A stretch of DNA of 63,232 nt from NCBI GenBank assembly GCA_003693705.1, contig RBZT01000120.1, positions 1 through 63,232 on the forward strand, given 5' to 3'. The stretch is from Polymyxa betae A26-41 (taxonomy: Eukaryota > Protista > Endomyxa: Phytomyxea). Shown here in pieces: positions 1 to 12,456 of the stretch. The stretch's first letter is position 1, and each line of letters begins with the position of its first letter. The notes beneath the pieces were generated by a model that had not been told where the DNA came from, did no database searches, and saw only the letters and a program-made list of their open reading frames with translations. Position numbers and translations under genes: made by a program.

Positions 1-150
1 CACTTAAATGTGACTGAGGAAAGAAAAAGACAGTTTGCCCACGATAATGAAAGATACCAAGTGCTGGGCATTTAGAGACTGTCTGAAAAATCCTGAAAGT
101 ACAGATTTAGAAATCTTAGTTGAATGGAAAGGATATTCTACGGATGAAAA
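1..150 (+). pseudogene. pol: 3' fragment of Ty3/Gypsy pol (integrase tail and start of chromodomain), cut by hAT insertion
   Basis: Manual translation HLNVTEERKRQFAHDNERYQV...EILVEWKGYSTDE matches KLNVTDEIKKQFAQDNESYQV...LLVEWKGFTKEE of the element at 18225-23833. Confidence 0.85.
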
Positions 151-151
151 C

Positions 152-1513
152 CAAGGCTGGCACCACTGGGTTTTTTAAGGTTCGGTTTAATAGGGTTTTA
201 ATAAAATAACCTTCTTTTTTATCCAGGTCTAAATCCGTTTGTTTTAAGGTTTTTTGTTTACGCATTGTGCAGTCCGGGGTTGTATTATTTCCCCAGCCAT
301 TGTCCAGGGCTGGAACTGTCGCTTGAGTCTTGACCTGTCTACCGATTCGCGTGCATGGAAGATATGGGTGCTGAACCGGTTGATTGCGATGTCATAGAAC
401 AGTCACCGCAATCCCAGATTGAGGATTGCTGTGCTGCTCTTGCGAGCGCAGATGATAATCCCAAATTGTTACGTAAGAGATCGGGGCGTAGTGCCTCAGC
501 AATACGAGGGTTATTCATTGATGGCCCCTATCCCCAAATTCAGAAGTCTGCGACATGCCGACACTGCAAAGAATCAATCTTTCATCACAAAAAATCTGAA
601 TCGGCTCTAAGACATTTGTTAAAATGTCATAAATTCCACAAAAATGTCTTCCATGCCTGACAACGAATGTCCGGACTGGTTTAATGTTAAAAAAGCGAAA
701 CCATCATTCACAAGCTCCGTTTCAAGTCAAAAGAGCATACTGAATTTCGCTCTGCCACCAGTCCCAGCCAAAACCAAAACAAATTCCAGGAGGCAATCGC
801 TTTGCATTATTACTTAACTGGGACATCGTTCCAAAGAGTAGAGGATGAAACGTTCACGAAAGCAATCCAGATGTTGCGACAGGATCCGGGATTACTCCCG
901 ACAAGAAAAATGATCGCTGGCGTTCTTCTTGACAAAAATTACGAGCAAATTAAGGTGTGTGAATCTAGATTGGGTGATCAGCAGCAATTCTACTGTTTGG
1001 CCACAGATGGGTGGTCTAACATTCTCAATGACCCTATCGTGAACTACTTGGCCATTTCTTCCAAGATCACTTTGTTTCTCGAATCAGTTTCGACTGGCGA
1101 GCAAAGCCATAGCTCGGACTGGATTGCAAGATATCGAGCGAGTAAGGCAGAAATATGTCAAGACAAACTTCTCAGGAGTGATCACTGATAACACCTCTGC
1201 AAACAGAAATGCCTGGTGTCAGATGAAGCTGAAACTCCCGTCCATGTTCTTTCAAGGTTGCATGTCGCATGCGCTTCATCTTCTTGTCAAAGACATTTTC
1301 GCTGCCACTAAAACAAAGTGCAATTGTGGATATAATGGTGAAGCGCGTTATCCGGATGGGTACCCGTTTGAGTATCTGCTCAAATTTGCTGAAAGCTGCA
1401 AGGACATCGTTAAATTTTTTTATAATCATCATGCTGCGAAAGCAATATTATCAAAAAGCTCAAGAAGCTGCAGGGGTGACTGCTTTTGTCACGCCGGCGC
1501 CAACAAGGTATCA
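152..1513 (+). mobile_element. hAT DNA transposon, 3'-truncated, frameshifted transposase (BED zinc finger + DUF659-type core)
   Basis: Starts CAAGGCTGG exactly where the Gypsy chromodomain stops. ORF 355-660 has CRHC...RHLLKC (BED). ORFs 802-1188 and 1124-1585 have LATDGWSN, VITDNTS, GCMSHALHLL. Confidence 0.85.
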
Positions 1514-1515
1514 TG

Positions 1516-1708
1516 TGTCAATATTTGCAGAATATTTCCAGAAAAAGACTTATTTTATTATATATATAAACGGCCCTATATTTAGGACGACTCCGCCACG
1601 GACTCAAATGGACTCCGTGACGGAATAACCGGACTGGAAATGGGAGCTGGAATACAGAATTCATTTTAGCCCCAAATCACGAAGATCTGAACCCGTAGAT
1701 CTGCTACA
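1516..1708 (+). repeat. Probable 5' LTR of Gypsy copy 1
   Basis: Same TGCTACA end as the copy 2 LTR and shared blocks (CCGTGACGG, AATACAGA.TTCATT); 5' boundary uncertain. Confidence 0.6.
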
Positions 1709-1729
1709 AAGACGTTTTATCTAGCAAAG

Positions 1730-2752
1730 ATGACTGTGAGGATTACTGCAGAAGAATCTCAGAACCACGTGGACAACATGTCAGTCGAATACGAAGATGA
1801 TCACCGCAGTGATGTGGTGAATGAAGAAGCCGAAGATGAAACTGCGACAGAGGAAGCTGGTGACGACAATGACGAGTCGTCCGAAGCAGCAATGTCGACG
1901 GCGGGGGCCATCGCCAATGGTGCATTCTCCAATGCTGACATTGTTCGGCAGCAGAGCATGCACCGGGAAGATCCAAAAGAGGTAGCTGACCGTCGTGGTA
2001 ACAGCTACCGTGGGTATGGGCAGCTCAGCGCGGCCTCTGGCGGCCTCGCCGTACTGGAGACCAATCGGGCGCCGATCCTGAAGATCCCCGACCGGAACCG
2101 TATGTTGAGGTTTCGGAAAGAACGAGAGCGCTACCTACGCGTTTTTCGAGAGACCGAGTTCCGGGGAGTAACCCCACGATCGTTGGTATCCTGCATTGAA
2201 CCGTCGATGTTAAAGTTTATTTGTGAAAATAAGCTTGAAATATCAGTCGAAGATGTGACGGATCAGGATATCGAAGGTTGGATGGGCGGTTTTCTGGCCT
2301 CCGACCTTTCCAACGATGCGCTCATGGACAAGAAGCTGAAGGCCGTTAAGATGGACCCCCGCATCACACCTCCCAGTGGTCGAGTGATGGCTATGATGAT
2401 CCGTTTCGATCAGATTGTCGAAGAAAACGGATGGGGTAACGTCTTCAAAGAAGAAGAAGGGAAGAAGCGGAAGGTAAAATATTTACTGAACGCTGTTGAA
2501 CATGTAGGTCTTAAGAAGATTATGGAGACCGCGCTAAAAAGAGAGCCAAAGCTGTGGTCGCGGCCTCAGGCGTTCGGCATAATCCTTGAGATGAAGGCCG
2601 AGAGCCATGAGGAGACCGCAACAGCGCTGATGGCGGTTAGCGAAAGGAAGACCACGGGAAAGAAGCGCTCCCGTGAACAACAGGTAACTGTTAACCTGAA
2701 GAAACCCCAGAAGGAGAAGAAACCGAAGAGTAGAGAAATCAATGAAAACTGA
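1730..2752 (+). CDS. gag: Gag-like protein of Gypsy copy 1
   Basis: 340 aa ORF with acidic N-terminus; LAVLETNRAP and RERYLR shared with copy 2 gag; CCHC knuckle (CSSCRKIGHPAFLC) just past a premature stop. Confidence 0.8.
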   Translation: MTVRITAEESQNHVDNMSVEYEDDHRSDVVNEEAEDETATEEAGDDNDESSEAAMSTAGAIANGAFSNADIVRQQSMHREDPKEVADRRGNSYRGYGQLSAASGGLAVLETNRAPILKIPDRNRMLRFRKERERYLRVFRETEFRGVTPRSLVSCIEPSMLKFICENKLEISVEDVTDQDIEGWMGGFLASDLSNDALMDKKLKAVKMDPRITPPSGRVMAMMIRFDQIVEENGWGNVFKEEEGKKRKVKYLLNAVEHVGLKKIMETALKREPKLWSRPQAFGIILEMKAESHEETATALMAVSERKTTGKKRSREQQVTVNLKKPQKEKKPKSREINEN

Positions 2753-5700
2753 ACGCTGGAATGTTCCAGCTGTCGCAAAATTGGGCATCCGGCCTTTCTG
2801 TGCCTAACCCATCCCTTGACTAAAGCGGAAATTCGCGCACTTTTAATGGAGTAAGATAATAAATTCAAGAAGAAACATTCAAAGTATCCATTGGTATGCC
2901 GAATTGGGAGAAGGGTAGATGACAAACAAATAGATGTTAGGATCTGTGAAGGTTTATACGTACCAGGTATCCTAGATAGCTGCGCCACGGCGGTGTCTCT
3001 AATACCAAAAATAATAGCCGATCGTGTTATGAAAATTGACCCTACAATAGAGAAGATACATACATCTCGCAGAACCAGTGCTGTTACGTCTGGGCGATAA
3101 TGTTACAGAGGTAGTCGTCACGGACGCCGTAACTCTAGACATTAGACTACGGACATGTGCGGTGAAGTCGTATCACGCCGACGGAAGTGCCTGATATGGG
3201 ATGTACCCAGTGACGAAATCATACTGGGGAGCGACCTGCTTGAAGAACTGGGAATAGAGCCAAAAACTGCGCTCGACGCACTGATTTGGCGGAAGAATGT
3301 CAGAAACGAAGCTAATGGCACCCAGAGAACTGAAGAAGAATCGCCAAACAGTGATATCGAAGAAGAGGTTGACCAGGAAGAGGCCGCAGTAATTGGGTGC
3401 GTGGACCAAACGGAGGTGCGGTCCGAAATTGAAGCAATGCTGAAGAGAGCAGAAGAAAATGGTCTCCCAAAGAATGGCGAAATAAACTGAAGAATTTACT
3501 ATACAAATTTGAAAAAGCATGGCAGGTGAAGTTAGGGCCAGAACTGCCAGCAAAGGTCACGCCTTTCTTGACTCAGCTGAAGCCCAATTCACAACCCTAC
3601 AAATGCCTGGCAAGAAAATACAAACCAGAAGATAGCGAATTCCTACAGAAATTCGTAGAAGAATTGATGAAATATGGACTGGTCTATGAAAATCAAAATT
3701 CAAAATGGGCCTCTCCTGTAGTTGTAGTGAAGAAAGTTGACGGTGGAAAAAGAATGTGCGTCGATCTGAGAGCAGTCAACGCGATCAGCGAGAGCACAGC
3801 GTGGCCTATGCCATTTTTAGAATCCATAGTCAACCATTTAGCGGGATCCAGGCACTGGTTCAAGCTGGATGCAAAGGATTCTGGATGATGCCGCTAGCAG
3901 AAGATTGTCAAGAAATGTTCTCATTTATGACAGCTAATGGCGTGTATACGCCTAGAAGGCCAATTCAGGGCGCTTTAAATTCAGCGACCCAGTTCCAGGC
4001 AAGAATGGCTGGAGTCTTTAAAAGCCTCCTTAATAAAGCCTTGATTATATGGATTGATGACCTGCTGGGGCATGCGAAGACATTAGATGACTGGTTCCAG
4101 TATCTTGAGAAGACATTACAATTGGCCGTAGAGAGTAACATAAAATTTAACGTGAAGAAGTGTGAACCCTACAGTAGGTCGGCCAAATTCTGTGGACGAA
4201 TATTCTCTCCGGATGGCGTAACCCACGACCCGGAAACGATTGAGACCCTGCTAGCAATACCGCAGCCCAAAACTGCTCGAGACCTGCAGCAATTTCTCAT
4301 GGCTATTCAGTGGATGAGCCGATCGATTCCAGAATATAATAAGACAGTTAGATGCTTACAAGATATATTTGAAGAATCAATGAAGAACCAGCCCGCACGA
4401 ACGAAAAGCGTAGCGAGACAAGTTCGCTTATCGAAGTATGGCTGGGGCCCTCAGCATGCGCTGGCTTTCGAGAAGCTGAAGACTGCGATTGCAAATCGTA
4501 CAAAGCTTTCCTTCCCAAGAGATGATACGATTCAGTGTATGTTCACTGATGCGAATGTATATAATACATCTGGAATGGTTACACAAATTCCGATTGAAGA
4601 TTCAGAAAAACCAATTGGACTACAGAGACATGAACCGCTAGGGTTCGTGGGACATCGGTTTAACGGGTCGGAACTAAACTGGACTGTTGCCGAAAAAGAA
4701 GGATTTGCCATAAAAGATACAATGCAAAAGCTTGATTATCTAGTGCAATTGAAGAAACCATTTAAACTTTTCTGCGATCATAAAAATTTGATACAGATTT
4801 TTTGTCCGCATCAGTTTTCGAACCTTACTGCGCAGAAATTGCAGAGATGGGCCCTAGAAATGCAGAGATTTCGTTACGAGATAGAGCATATCAAAGGCGA
4901 AGAAAAGTATTGGGCTGACCTCATGACACGCTGGGGGGCCAGTACGACAGGAGAAGAAGATGGGCCTGTCCACATAAGAAGAGCGAAAGTATTGAAGATC
5001 ACAGACGAAGGGCGAGTACGACCCATGCAGAGGCCTGATTTTGTATGGCCATCGATAGAAGAAAACAAAAAGGCGCAACAAGACTTTGAACAAGTCAAAA
5101 CCCCAAATTACAATGAAGATGGGTTATTAGTTACGCATGATAAACAGAAGATTCGAATTCCTAAAGAAGCTGAAAATTTGAAGATTAGGCTTTGTATAAT
5201 TGCGCATTCAGGCGAAAACAGCGGCCACCTAGGCTATTAGGCTGCTACGCAGAAACTTTCCCAGTATTTCTACTGACAAAACTGCGCAGAAGACATGCGC
5301 ACTTTATGTAACTCGTGTTTACATTGCCTACCAACAAGAGGGGGAATACGTATTCCTAGGCCGCTAGGTACACAAATTCACGCATCCCAATGCACTAAAG
5401 TGATCCATATGGACTGGATTTATGTATGGCCAACGAAGAAAAACGGGATTCTCGAATATCAGTGGAACCTGATTTTGCGCGACGATGCCTCGTGAAAATA
5501 ACACCCGCAAAGATCCCTGATACAGAAGTCACGGTCGACGCACTGATGGAATGGCGCGCGCTGTTTGGGACCCCGGAGATATTGGTCTCAGACATGGCGT
5601 CGTACTTTGTGTCCGAAACCATGAAGAAATTTGCACTGAAGTGTAATGTTACACAGCATCTCACTACAGCGTACGGGCACTATAATAACGGAAGCATCGA

Positions 5701-6104
5701 AGTGGTGAATAAGTGCTATCTATCGCTGATGACAGCACTGCTTTCCGAGTTACGGTTGGGACAAGGAATACTGGCCCTGGTTGAATTCCAACGTTGAGCA
5801 TACGATGAATCATAGACAGCAGAGCCGACTCAACGGAAACGCTCCCATAACAGTGATGACTGGTTTACAGCCAGATAACCCATTAGAAGAAATTTTCAAA
5901 AATCCAAAAAATCTTAATTATTTAAAATATGAATGTCGAAAGACCAGATTCAAAAACTGGTAGATGACCTTGAAAATGCGTTAGAAAAAATGCATAAAGA
6001 AGTAGAAGAAACGTCTCGGAAACGAGATGCGAAGAAAAGGACCGCAAACAACTACCGGAGAGAGCCGAATTTCGGTATCGGCGATTACGTGTTAGTTGGC
6101 ATAG
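2753..6104 (+). pseudogene. pol: Gypsy pol (PR-RT-RH-IN), multiple frameshifts and stops
   Basis: GILDSCA (protease), WASPVVVVKK, RMCVDLR, IIWIDD (RT), FTDAN/EKEGFA/CDHKNL (RNase H), HHCC, HMDWI, VSDMAS, NGSIE (integrase). Confidence 0.92.
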
Positions 6105-6560
6105 CGTGCTTGAGATAAATTAAGTAAATTGTTTGATTAATAATTCGCGAGATTGTTGGAATCGCGCGCCCGAATTCTTTCATAATGCTTGAAAGCCGCA
6201 AGGGCTCGGCTAGGCGTCGGCAAACCAACACCAGAGCTTCAGCTCGATCAACTTTATCTCCACTTAAGGTTTCAACAACTGTCGGCAGCTGCAGCAATTC
6301 CGCAAGCAGTTTTAGCTGCGAAATCGTGAAGCGAAAACGAACTATCGCTGTATCATCGGGGATCCCCTCGTGAAATCTTTCTGAGTATCGGGGGGGGGTA
6401 AATAAGTGGGACCTTGAACTCGAAACATTCCATTCTCTAAAAGGAGGGCCATCACAGCAAGAAAAGCGTCCACATCTTGGTTTAGTCCAAAAAAAGTCTG
6501 TAGATCAGCTCAATTGCTTGAGAATCGGAAAGCATCTGACCGAGGAACATTATATATGAG
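6105..6560 (-). pseudogene. PIF/Harbinger-superfamily transposase N-terminal (HTH) fragment
   Basis: ORF 6085-6297: EALVLVCRRLAEPLRL...FGRAIPTISRIIN, typical of the HTH preceding DDE_Tnp_4. Confidence 0.7.
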
Positions 6561-6579
6561 ACAAGCGCTAATAAATTTA

Positions 6580-6725
6580 ATCTGAATCTGAATCTCAAAA
6601 CGAGTCCGAAAGCAACGAATGAATCTGAATCTGAAACTGAAAAGGCACCGAAAGGTCTAGTTTTATCTCAATGAGGGCACCCGTCACAATCCCTCTAACT
6701 GTATGCTATCTGAATCTGAATCTCT
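6580..6725. repeat. Clustered TGAATC/CTGAAT hexamer repeats, probable subterminal motifs
   Basis: TCTGAATCTGAATCT-type runs near 6581, 6620 and 6709. Confidence 0.5.
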
Positions 6726-9319
6726 GGATTTGGGAGCTCCGAAAGTTCTCTAATGGCAGTTCTAAAATTGAAGTTGATTGAGTTTATAGAAACTGGCATA
6801 ATTTTTGTCTCCAGTTATGAATACAGATATTGATTATCAAATTGCAGTTTTCGATTTGCCTTAAATTCCTTACTTTTCATCTTTATAGAAGAACGTTCTG
6901 CATCAAAAGGAATTCGGCACAAAGGAAAGCTCTTTCGATCAAGAGAATACGAACTGAAGCGGGCGCTAAAAACTTGTTATCACATTTCGCAGGTTACCGA
7001 CAGATCAAACAGACCAGTATTGTGGTTCGGCTCTGCTAACTTCTTCTCCAAAATCACTATCAGCCAAGACGATCCGGCTATTGCTGTCGCCTTCGTCGAC
7101 TGGTATAGATCGCCAAAGTCTGTAAAGTCTGCTTTCGCCACAGGTCAACAAACAGGTTTCCCATCATCGAGCCCATGGCAAGGAAAGAGAACAACAACTG
7201 GAGCAGATGGGTGTTCATGGAAAACCTCGAGCCTGTTAATATTTTGCTCGGAAAACTTGATGATATTCGTGGCCATTTTGCAATCCGATCAGGGCGGTGC
7301 GAATCCAGCAGTGTATAATAAATTTTGAAGCTTTCGACTTCTAACATTGATACAGAATGAGTAAGTCGACTTCCAATTGTTTCTAAACTGACAGGATAAG
7401 CAGGCAGGGCTGTTGTTGAGGCACTAGCCGCATCAGTAGCGCCTGGATAATCAGTAATAGCAGCTGCAACAATAGAAACAGTAGCAACGATAGCAGCCGC
7501 AGTAACAGCAGCCGCAGGAGGGATAGCTGCAGCAGTAGCAGCATCAACAACAATTGTTTCCCTCAACATTCAGGTCATGCAATCGTGGAATATGACCCAT
7601 ATCCATTCCAAAAGGACAAGAGCGAATCGAATACCCAGTTTCTCGCACAACACAGCGACAAAGGTGAGAATTTGTGAAAAGCGAAATGTATATATTGAAT
7701 AAATATATGACAACTCGAGCAGGCCCCGATTAGAATGAAGCAAGAAACAAAATACAACTAAACCTCAAATCAAACGAAAAACCCAAACCTATGCTTGAAA
7801 ACAATATTAATAATAACTAACAAAAAGAGCAATTAGGTAGAATAGCATCACATGCATAGTCATGATGGCAAACGGCAATCTTGATAGATTCCAGCCCAAC
7901 AGAACTACCGGACCCTTGACGACGCCCTGCTCTATGAACCACGACGAAGAAAGAAATTGGTAGCAGCAGAGCTGTCGATACACATGATCAGTTCGTCAGC
8001 TCCTGAATCTACAGATGCATCGATAAGTCAATCAGTATTCAGTAACAGCTGAACCGAATTTACCTAGCTTCGGGTAAGCACCAGCATAGCGGGTCGATCA
8101 ACTTCATCGTCGATATCGTCGTTCCCGTTCCCTTCTTTTTGTTCGTTGTAGTCATCGTCCCGGAGCCGTTCAAGTCCGCGTTGTCGTCGTCGTCCTCTCG
8201 TTGTTGTCTCCATCCCCGTCCTCTACGACATCTTAGACCTCCACCTCGCCGTCTTTGTCGTTATTACCATCCCCGTCCTCCACCACTTCGACCACCTCCA
8301 CCTTCTCGTCCTCCTCGCCGTTGTCGTCGCCGTCTCTGTAGCGTAGTCGTCCTCGTCGTTGTGGACGTATATCGCCCCCGTTCTCCACCGTCTCCTAGTC
8401 GTCGTCGTCCTCGTCACTGCTCCCATCGTCAACATTTTTCGGGGTCGTCGTCGTTGTCGTAGTCGTGGTCTCAAAGAGGCCAGCGCTTGCTCCACAATTG
8501 CCAGCAGCTCCAAGACAGCGGCGAATTTCGCCGCCTCAACGGTAACGATGACGAGCATCACAGCCTCCACGACGTCAACCACGTAGACGTCGGCAAGGAC
8601 GAGGCCAATAGAGATCTTCAAGGGTGAGCAGCTACAGCAAGTGTGTGCCACGCACTTACCGTTATGTCGGCTCTTGGTCAAGCAAGAGCAGTGGCAGAAT
8701 CATCTGCGACTAAAGCAGGAGCAGCGTGGTCGTCAGCAATGGCGGCAAAAGAAGTTGAAATCGGCGATGGCCCTTGCTTGTATGTATCGCAGCAGAATGA
8801 TAAAAAGGCTTGCGCATGATGAACAGCTGTTCAGACGGTTCGAAGCCACGGTCAGCTTTATCACATTCGGGGCCTAGCCCTTGATAAACTACTGCTTGAC
8901 ATGAAGTGAGAGAGTGAGGGAGCGAAGACAGACTGTCGTCAGACTCTCCCAACACAGCACCTACAGTGGGCAGTGCTGCAAATGAGTAAGCCGATCGAGA
9001 ATGCTTAGGGGCGATCGGCAACGACTGGATGAGAACGGCAGCAACCGATTCAGGAGGGCAGGATGCTGCCGTGACCGAACTGGCCGGGAGCCTGCTGAAG
9101 GTTGTGACCCCCGAGAGAGCGCCAGTCGCTACCAACACAACCCAGACGACATCGGCTATCGAGGCGATACTGAATCACCGGCCGGTGCCTACCTCCACTG
9201 CTTAACATGAGATTGGCCTGACCGATTAGCAGCAACTAAAACCGAATTTACAAGTGACAGAGAAGGGGTCAGACAGTCATATAGACTGATAGTAATGTAA
9301 TATAAACTGTTTTATTATT

Positions 9320-9513
9320 TTCGCGTAAAAACGCAGCGCATATGAGACGCAGAACTTTGCAGACTGTCTTACAATGGGGAACCCAACTCCGGAACGCATT
9401 TCTGCCTAAACGCAGAAATTTTGCAGGGCACAGCTCCAAACGCAAAATTTCGTAAATAAACGCAGAATTCCGCAGGAGGACGCATGTGAAATCGGGCCTA
9501 CGCAGTTCCTGTA
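9320..9513. mobile_element. CACTA/CMC-like right terminus with CGCAG-rich subterminal repeats
   Basis: Many AAACGCAG/TTGCAG motifs ending CGCAGTTCCTGTA (revcomp TACAGGAACTGCG), abutting a truncated Gypsy integrase. Confidence 0.5.
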
Positions 9514-10310
9514 GCTAGTCTGGCCTGAAGACGATGATTAATCGTTTGCTCAATGTTCTTATTAAGCCAAGGCCAATCAGCCTTCTCCCAGTGTAGCTCA
9601 GATATCAAAGCGCGAACTAGCGCTAGATAATGCCTATTGATAATCTCAATGGAACCATTGCTGTAGTGACCATATGCCACTGTGAAATGATGCTTGATGT
9701 TACTCCGAAGTGTAAACTCTTCTATTACAGCTGACATAGAATATGATGCCATATCTGCTACTATAATGTCTGGAGTGGGTGACCTAGCTCTCCAACCCTT
9801 CAAAGCATCCATTGTTATGACACTATCATGTACAGCTACCGGCGTCACTCTGATGTATCCTGATAGATCATCTCTAATGATCCGATTCCACTGAAAGTTA
9901 AGCGTGCCTTTCTTTTCAGCTGGCNNNNNNNNNNNNNNNNNNNNNNNNNNNNNNNNNNNNNNNNNCTCCTCGGGTTGGCAAGCAATGTTACAGCTGTTAC
10001 AAAGCTCTCTCATATCTTTGGACATATTTGGACAATAACAGTATTGGCTCAATTTATCACAGGCTGCCTGATACCTTAAATGCCCATTATTGCGACCCGC
10101 ATGAGCGACGATACACAATCTTACTCTAAGATCCCTAGCTTCTAAAGGTGTCCAGGCTCTGCCCGTTTGTGTTAATAACAAACTAACATTAGAATCTATG
10201 TTAGGTTCGAAGTACTGTTCCTTGTATGAACGAATTTCATCAACTGATGGCCAAACAAACTGTTTCTTCTGTAATGGCCTCACTTTGTATTCAGCTGGAA
10301 TACTATATTG
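9514..10310 (-). pseudogene. pol: Gypsy integrase fragment (same family), includes N gap 9925-9965
   Basis: RPLQ..FVWPS, RLCIVAHAG..GH, QWNRIIRDDLSG, VADMAS, YGHYSNGSIE, WPWLNKNIE. Confidence 0.9.
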
Positions 10311-11960
10311 AACAAACGATGAGCAATGTTAGATTGGCCAGGATGGTACTGCAAACGAAAAGGAGAAATCATGGGCCGCATCAGCGACGAGACTCATTAA
10401 AATAGAAAGATAATTTCATTTTTAAAAGCAACCAACTGATTTAGAAGTTGCAGAAAACTTTAAAACCCTTAATAAACTGAGAGCAGAGAAAGATTCAAAA
10501 ATGGACAGCATCCACCCTATCAGATAAAAAAGCTTAGAGATTACCATTAGTTCGATGCCATTACATCCACGAAAACTCGGACCGCCTTGATCAATACACG
10601 AGGATCATCAGTACAAGTGTGCAAACTTTAAAATAAACAAACAGCAATGTTAGAAGAGCCCAGAAGGCCCTGCAAGCGAAAAGGAGAAATCGGGCGCCCC
10701 ATCAGTGACGAACGCAGTAAAAACGAAAGACAAAAGCATTTGTAAAAGCAACCAGCAGATCTACAAGTTGAATAAAACGTTTCGAATCATTAATGAACTA
10801 AGAAGAAAGAAAATTTCATGGGCAGCATCCACCCTAAAATATAAAAAAAATTAGAGAGTACTTTTGATTCGACACCATCACCGCCACGAAAACTCGGGAC
10901 GCCCAGATCTATACACAAGAGTAGTCAGCACAAAGCATACAAACTTTAGCATAAACAAACAGCAATGTTAGATGGGCTCAGAAGGCCCTGCAAGCGAAAA
11001 GAATCGTCCGTCCCATCAGTGACGAAAACCTTCGATAAAGACAGCAAACAACTGATTTAAAAGTTGAAGAGAACGTTTATGAACATTAATAAACTAAGAA
11101 GAGAGAAAATTCGAAAATTGTGCAGCATCCACCCTAAAATATAAAAAAATTCAGAGAGTACTTTTGATTCGACACCATCACCGCCACGAAAACTCGGGAC
11201 GCCCCGATCTATACACAAGAGTAGTCAGCACAAAGCATACAGACATTAGCATAAACAAACAGCAATGTTAGATGAGCCAAGAAGGCCTGCAAACGAAAAA
11301 AAAGATATCGTGCGTCCCATCGGTGACGAAAACCTTTGAAATAGAAAGACAAAAGCATAAGTCTAAGCAACTACTTATTTAAGATTTGCAGAAAACTAAA
11401 AAAACATTAATAAACTGAAAAGAGAGAAAAAAATTCAATATTGGGCAGCATCCACCCTAGAAGATAAAAACATTAAGAGAGTAACTTTGAATCGATGCCA
11501 TCACCGCCACGAAAACTCGGGACCCCCGAATTATACACGAAAACAATCATCACAGGCAACAAAAATTATAGGTTGAACAAAAAGCATTGCTAGCCTGGCC
11601 CCCAAAGGCCCTTCATGCGGAAATGTGAAATCAAATGCGTCCACCTGTGACAAGACTGAAGATAATGAACAGAAAAGGCATCCTCAAAAGCAGCCAACTG
11701 CTTTTATGAATATAGACAACCTAAACTTTTAGAACGCTTATAAACTGAGAAGAGAAAAAAATTTCAGTAAGGGTCAGCATCCACCATAGCCAATAGTGCA
11801 AAAACGTACCGATTCGAAGCCAAAATCGCCAGCAAGAACCCAGACCGCCCCGACCTATACACGAGAACAATCAGTCCAAGACGAATAATCTCATGAAAGA
11901 ACAAGCAACAATGCCTGACAGACCTGGAGGGGCCACTCAGAAAACAAGTGTATCCCCTAA
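10311..11960. repeat. Diverged tandem array, about 5.5 units of ~300-325 bp
   Basis: AGCAATGTTAGA-type anchor near 10322, 10643, 10961, 11261, 11583 and 11908; each unit has CAGCATCCACC and CCACGAAAACTCGG blocks. Confidence 0.9.
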
Positions 11961-12289
11961 CGATGCGTCTCATATGAAACTGGTACAAAGACAGAAATTA
12001 AACCGGAAGACTGACCTGAACGTCCAGATTGGCGTGAGTGCTTAGGATGTGATCGATAGAATCGTGAGAAGGTATATGAGAAGAATGATCAGAGGAGCGA
12101 TTCGATCTGTGACATGATGTTACCATGAAAGTGATTAGGAGATGGATCACTCTACATTCAACGTTCATTGATAGATCAACCAAAGCCAAGTCAGAACAAC
12201 ATTCGAACTTTTTAAGTTAACATCAACTTTTATTTGCAAACCATTGCAATTGCAATTTCACATGAAAGGGCAGTTAGAATAGGAAAGGG

Positions 12290-12456
12290 ACCCAGATTTT
12301 TGCGGATGGTCTCACATTGCTGATCCTGGCTCCGGAGCGCACTTTGGCAAAATTGCAGGTTTTTTGCAGGTCTCGATCCAAAACGCAGATTTCTGCTGCG
12401 TTAGGCAGAATGCCGCAAAAGAAGGCATGTCAGGGCAGACCTGCGCAGTTCCGGTG
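12290..12456. mobile_element. Second CACTA/CMC-like right terminus
   Basis: GCAG-rich motifs ending CGCAGTTCCGGTG (revcomp CACCGGAACTGCG), nearly identical to the 9513 end; truncates the LINE RT. Confidence 0.5.

Larger units (their letters stand above)
1516..6104 (+). mobile_element. Ty3/Gypsy LTR retrotransposon copy 1, 3'-truncated and degenerate
   Basis: LTR-like segment ending TGCTACA (1708), then gag, protease, RT, RNase H and integrase colinear with copy 2; breaks after GDYVLVG. Confidence 0.9.

Noticed and set aside
2752-3888. Programmed gag-pol frameshifts
   Set aside because: Breaks occur at different positions in the two copies and inside conserved domains, indicating decay or sequence error.
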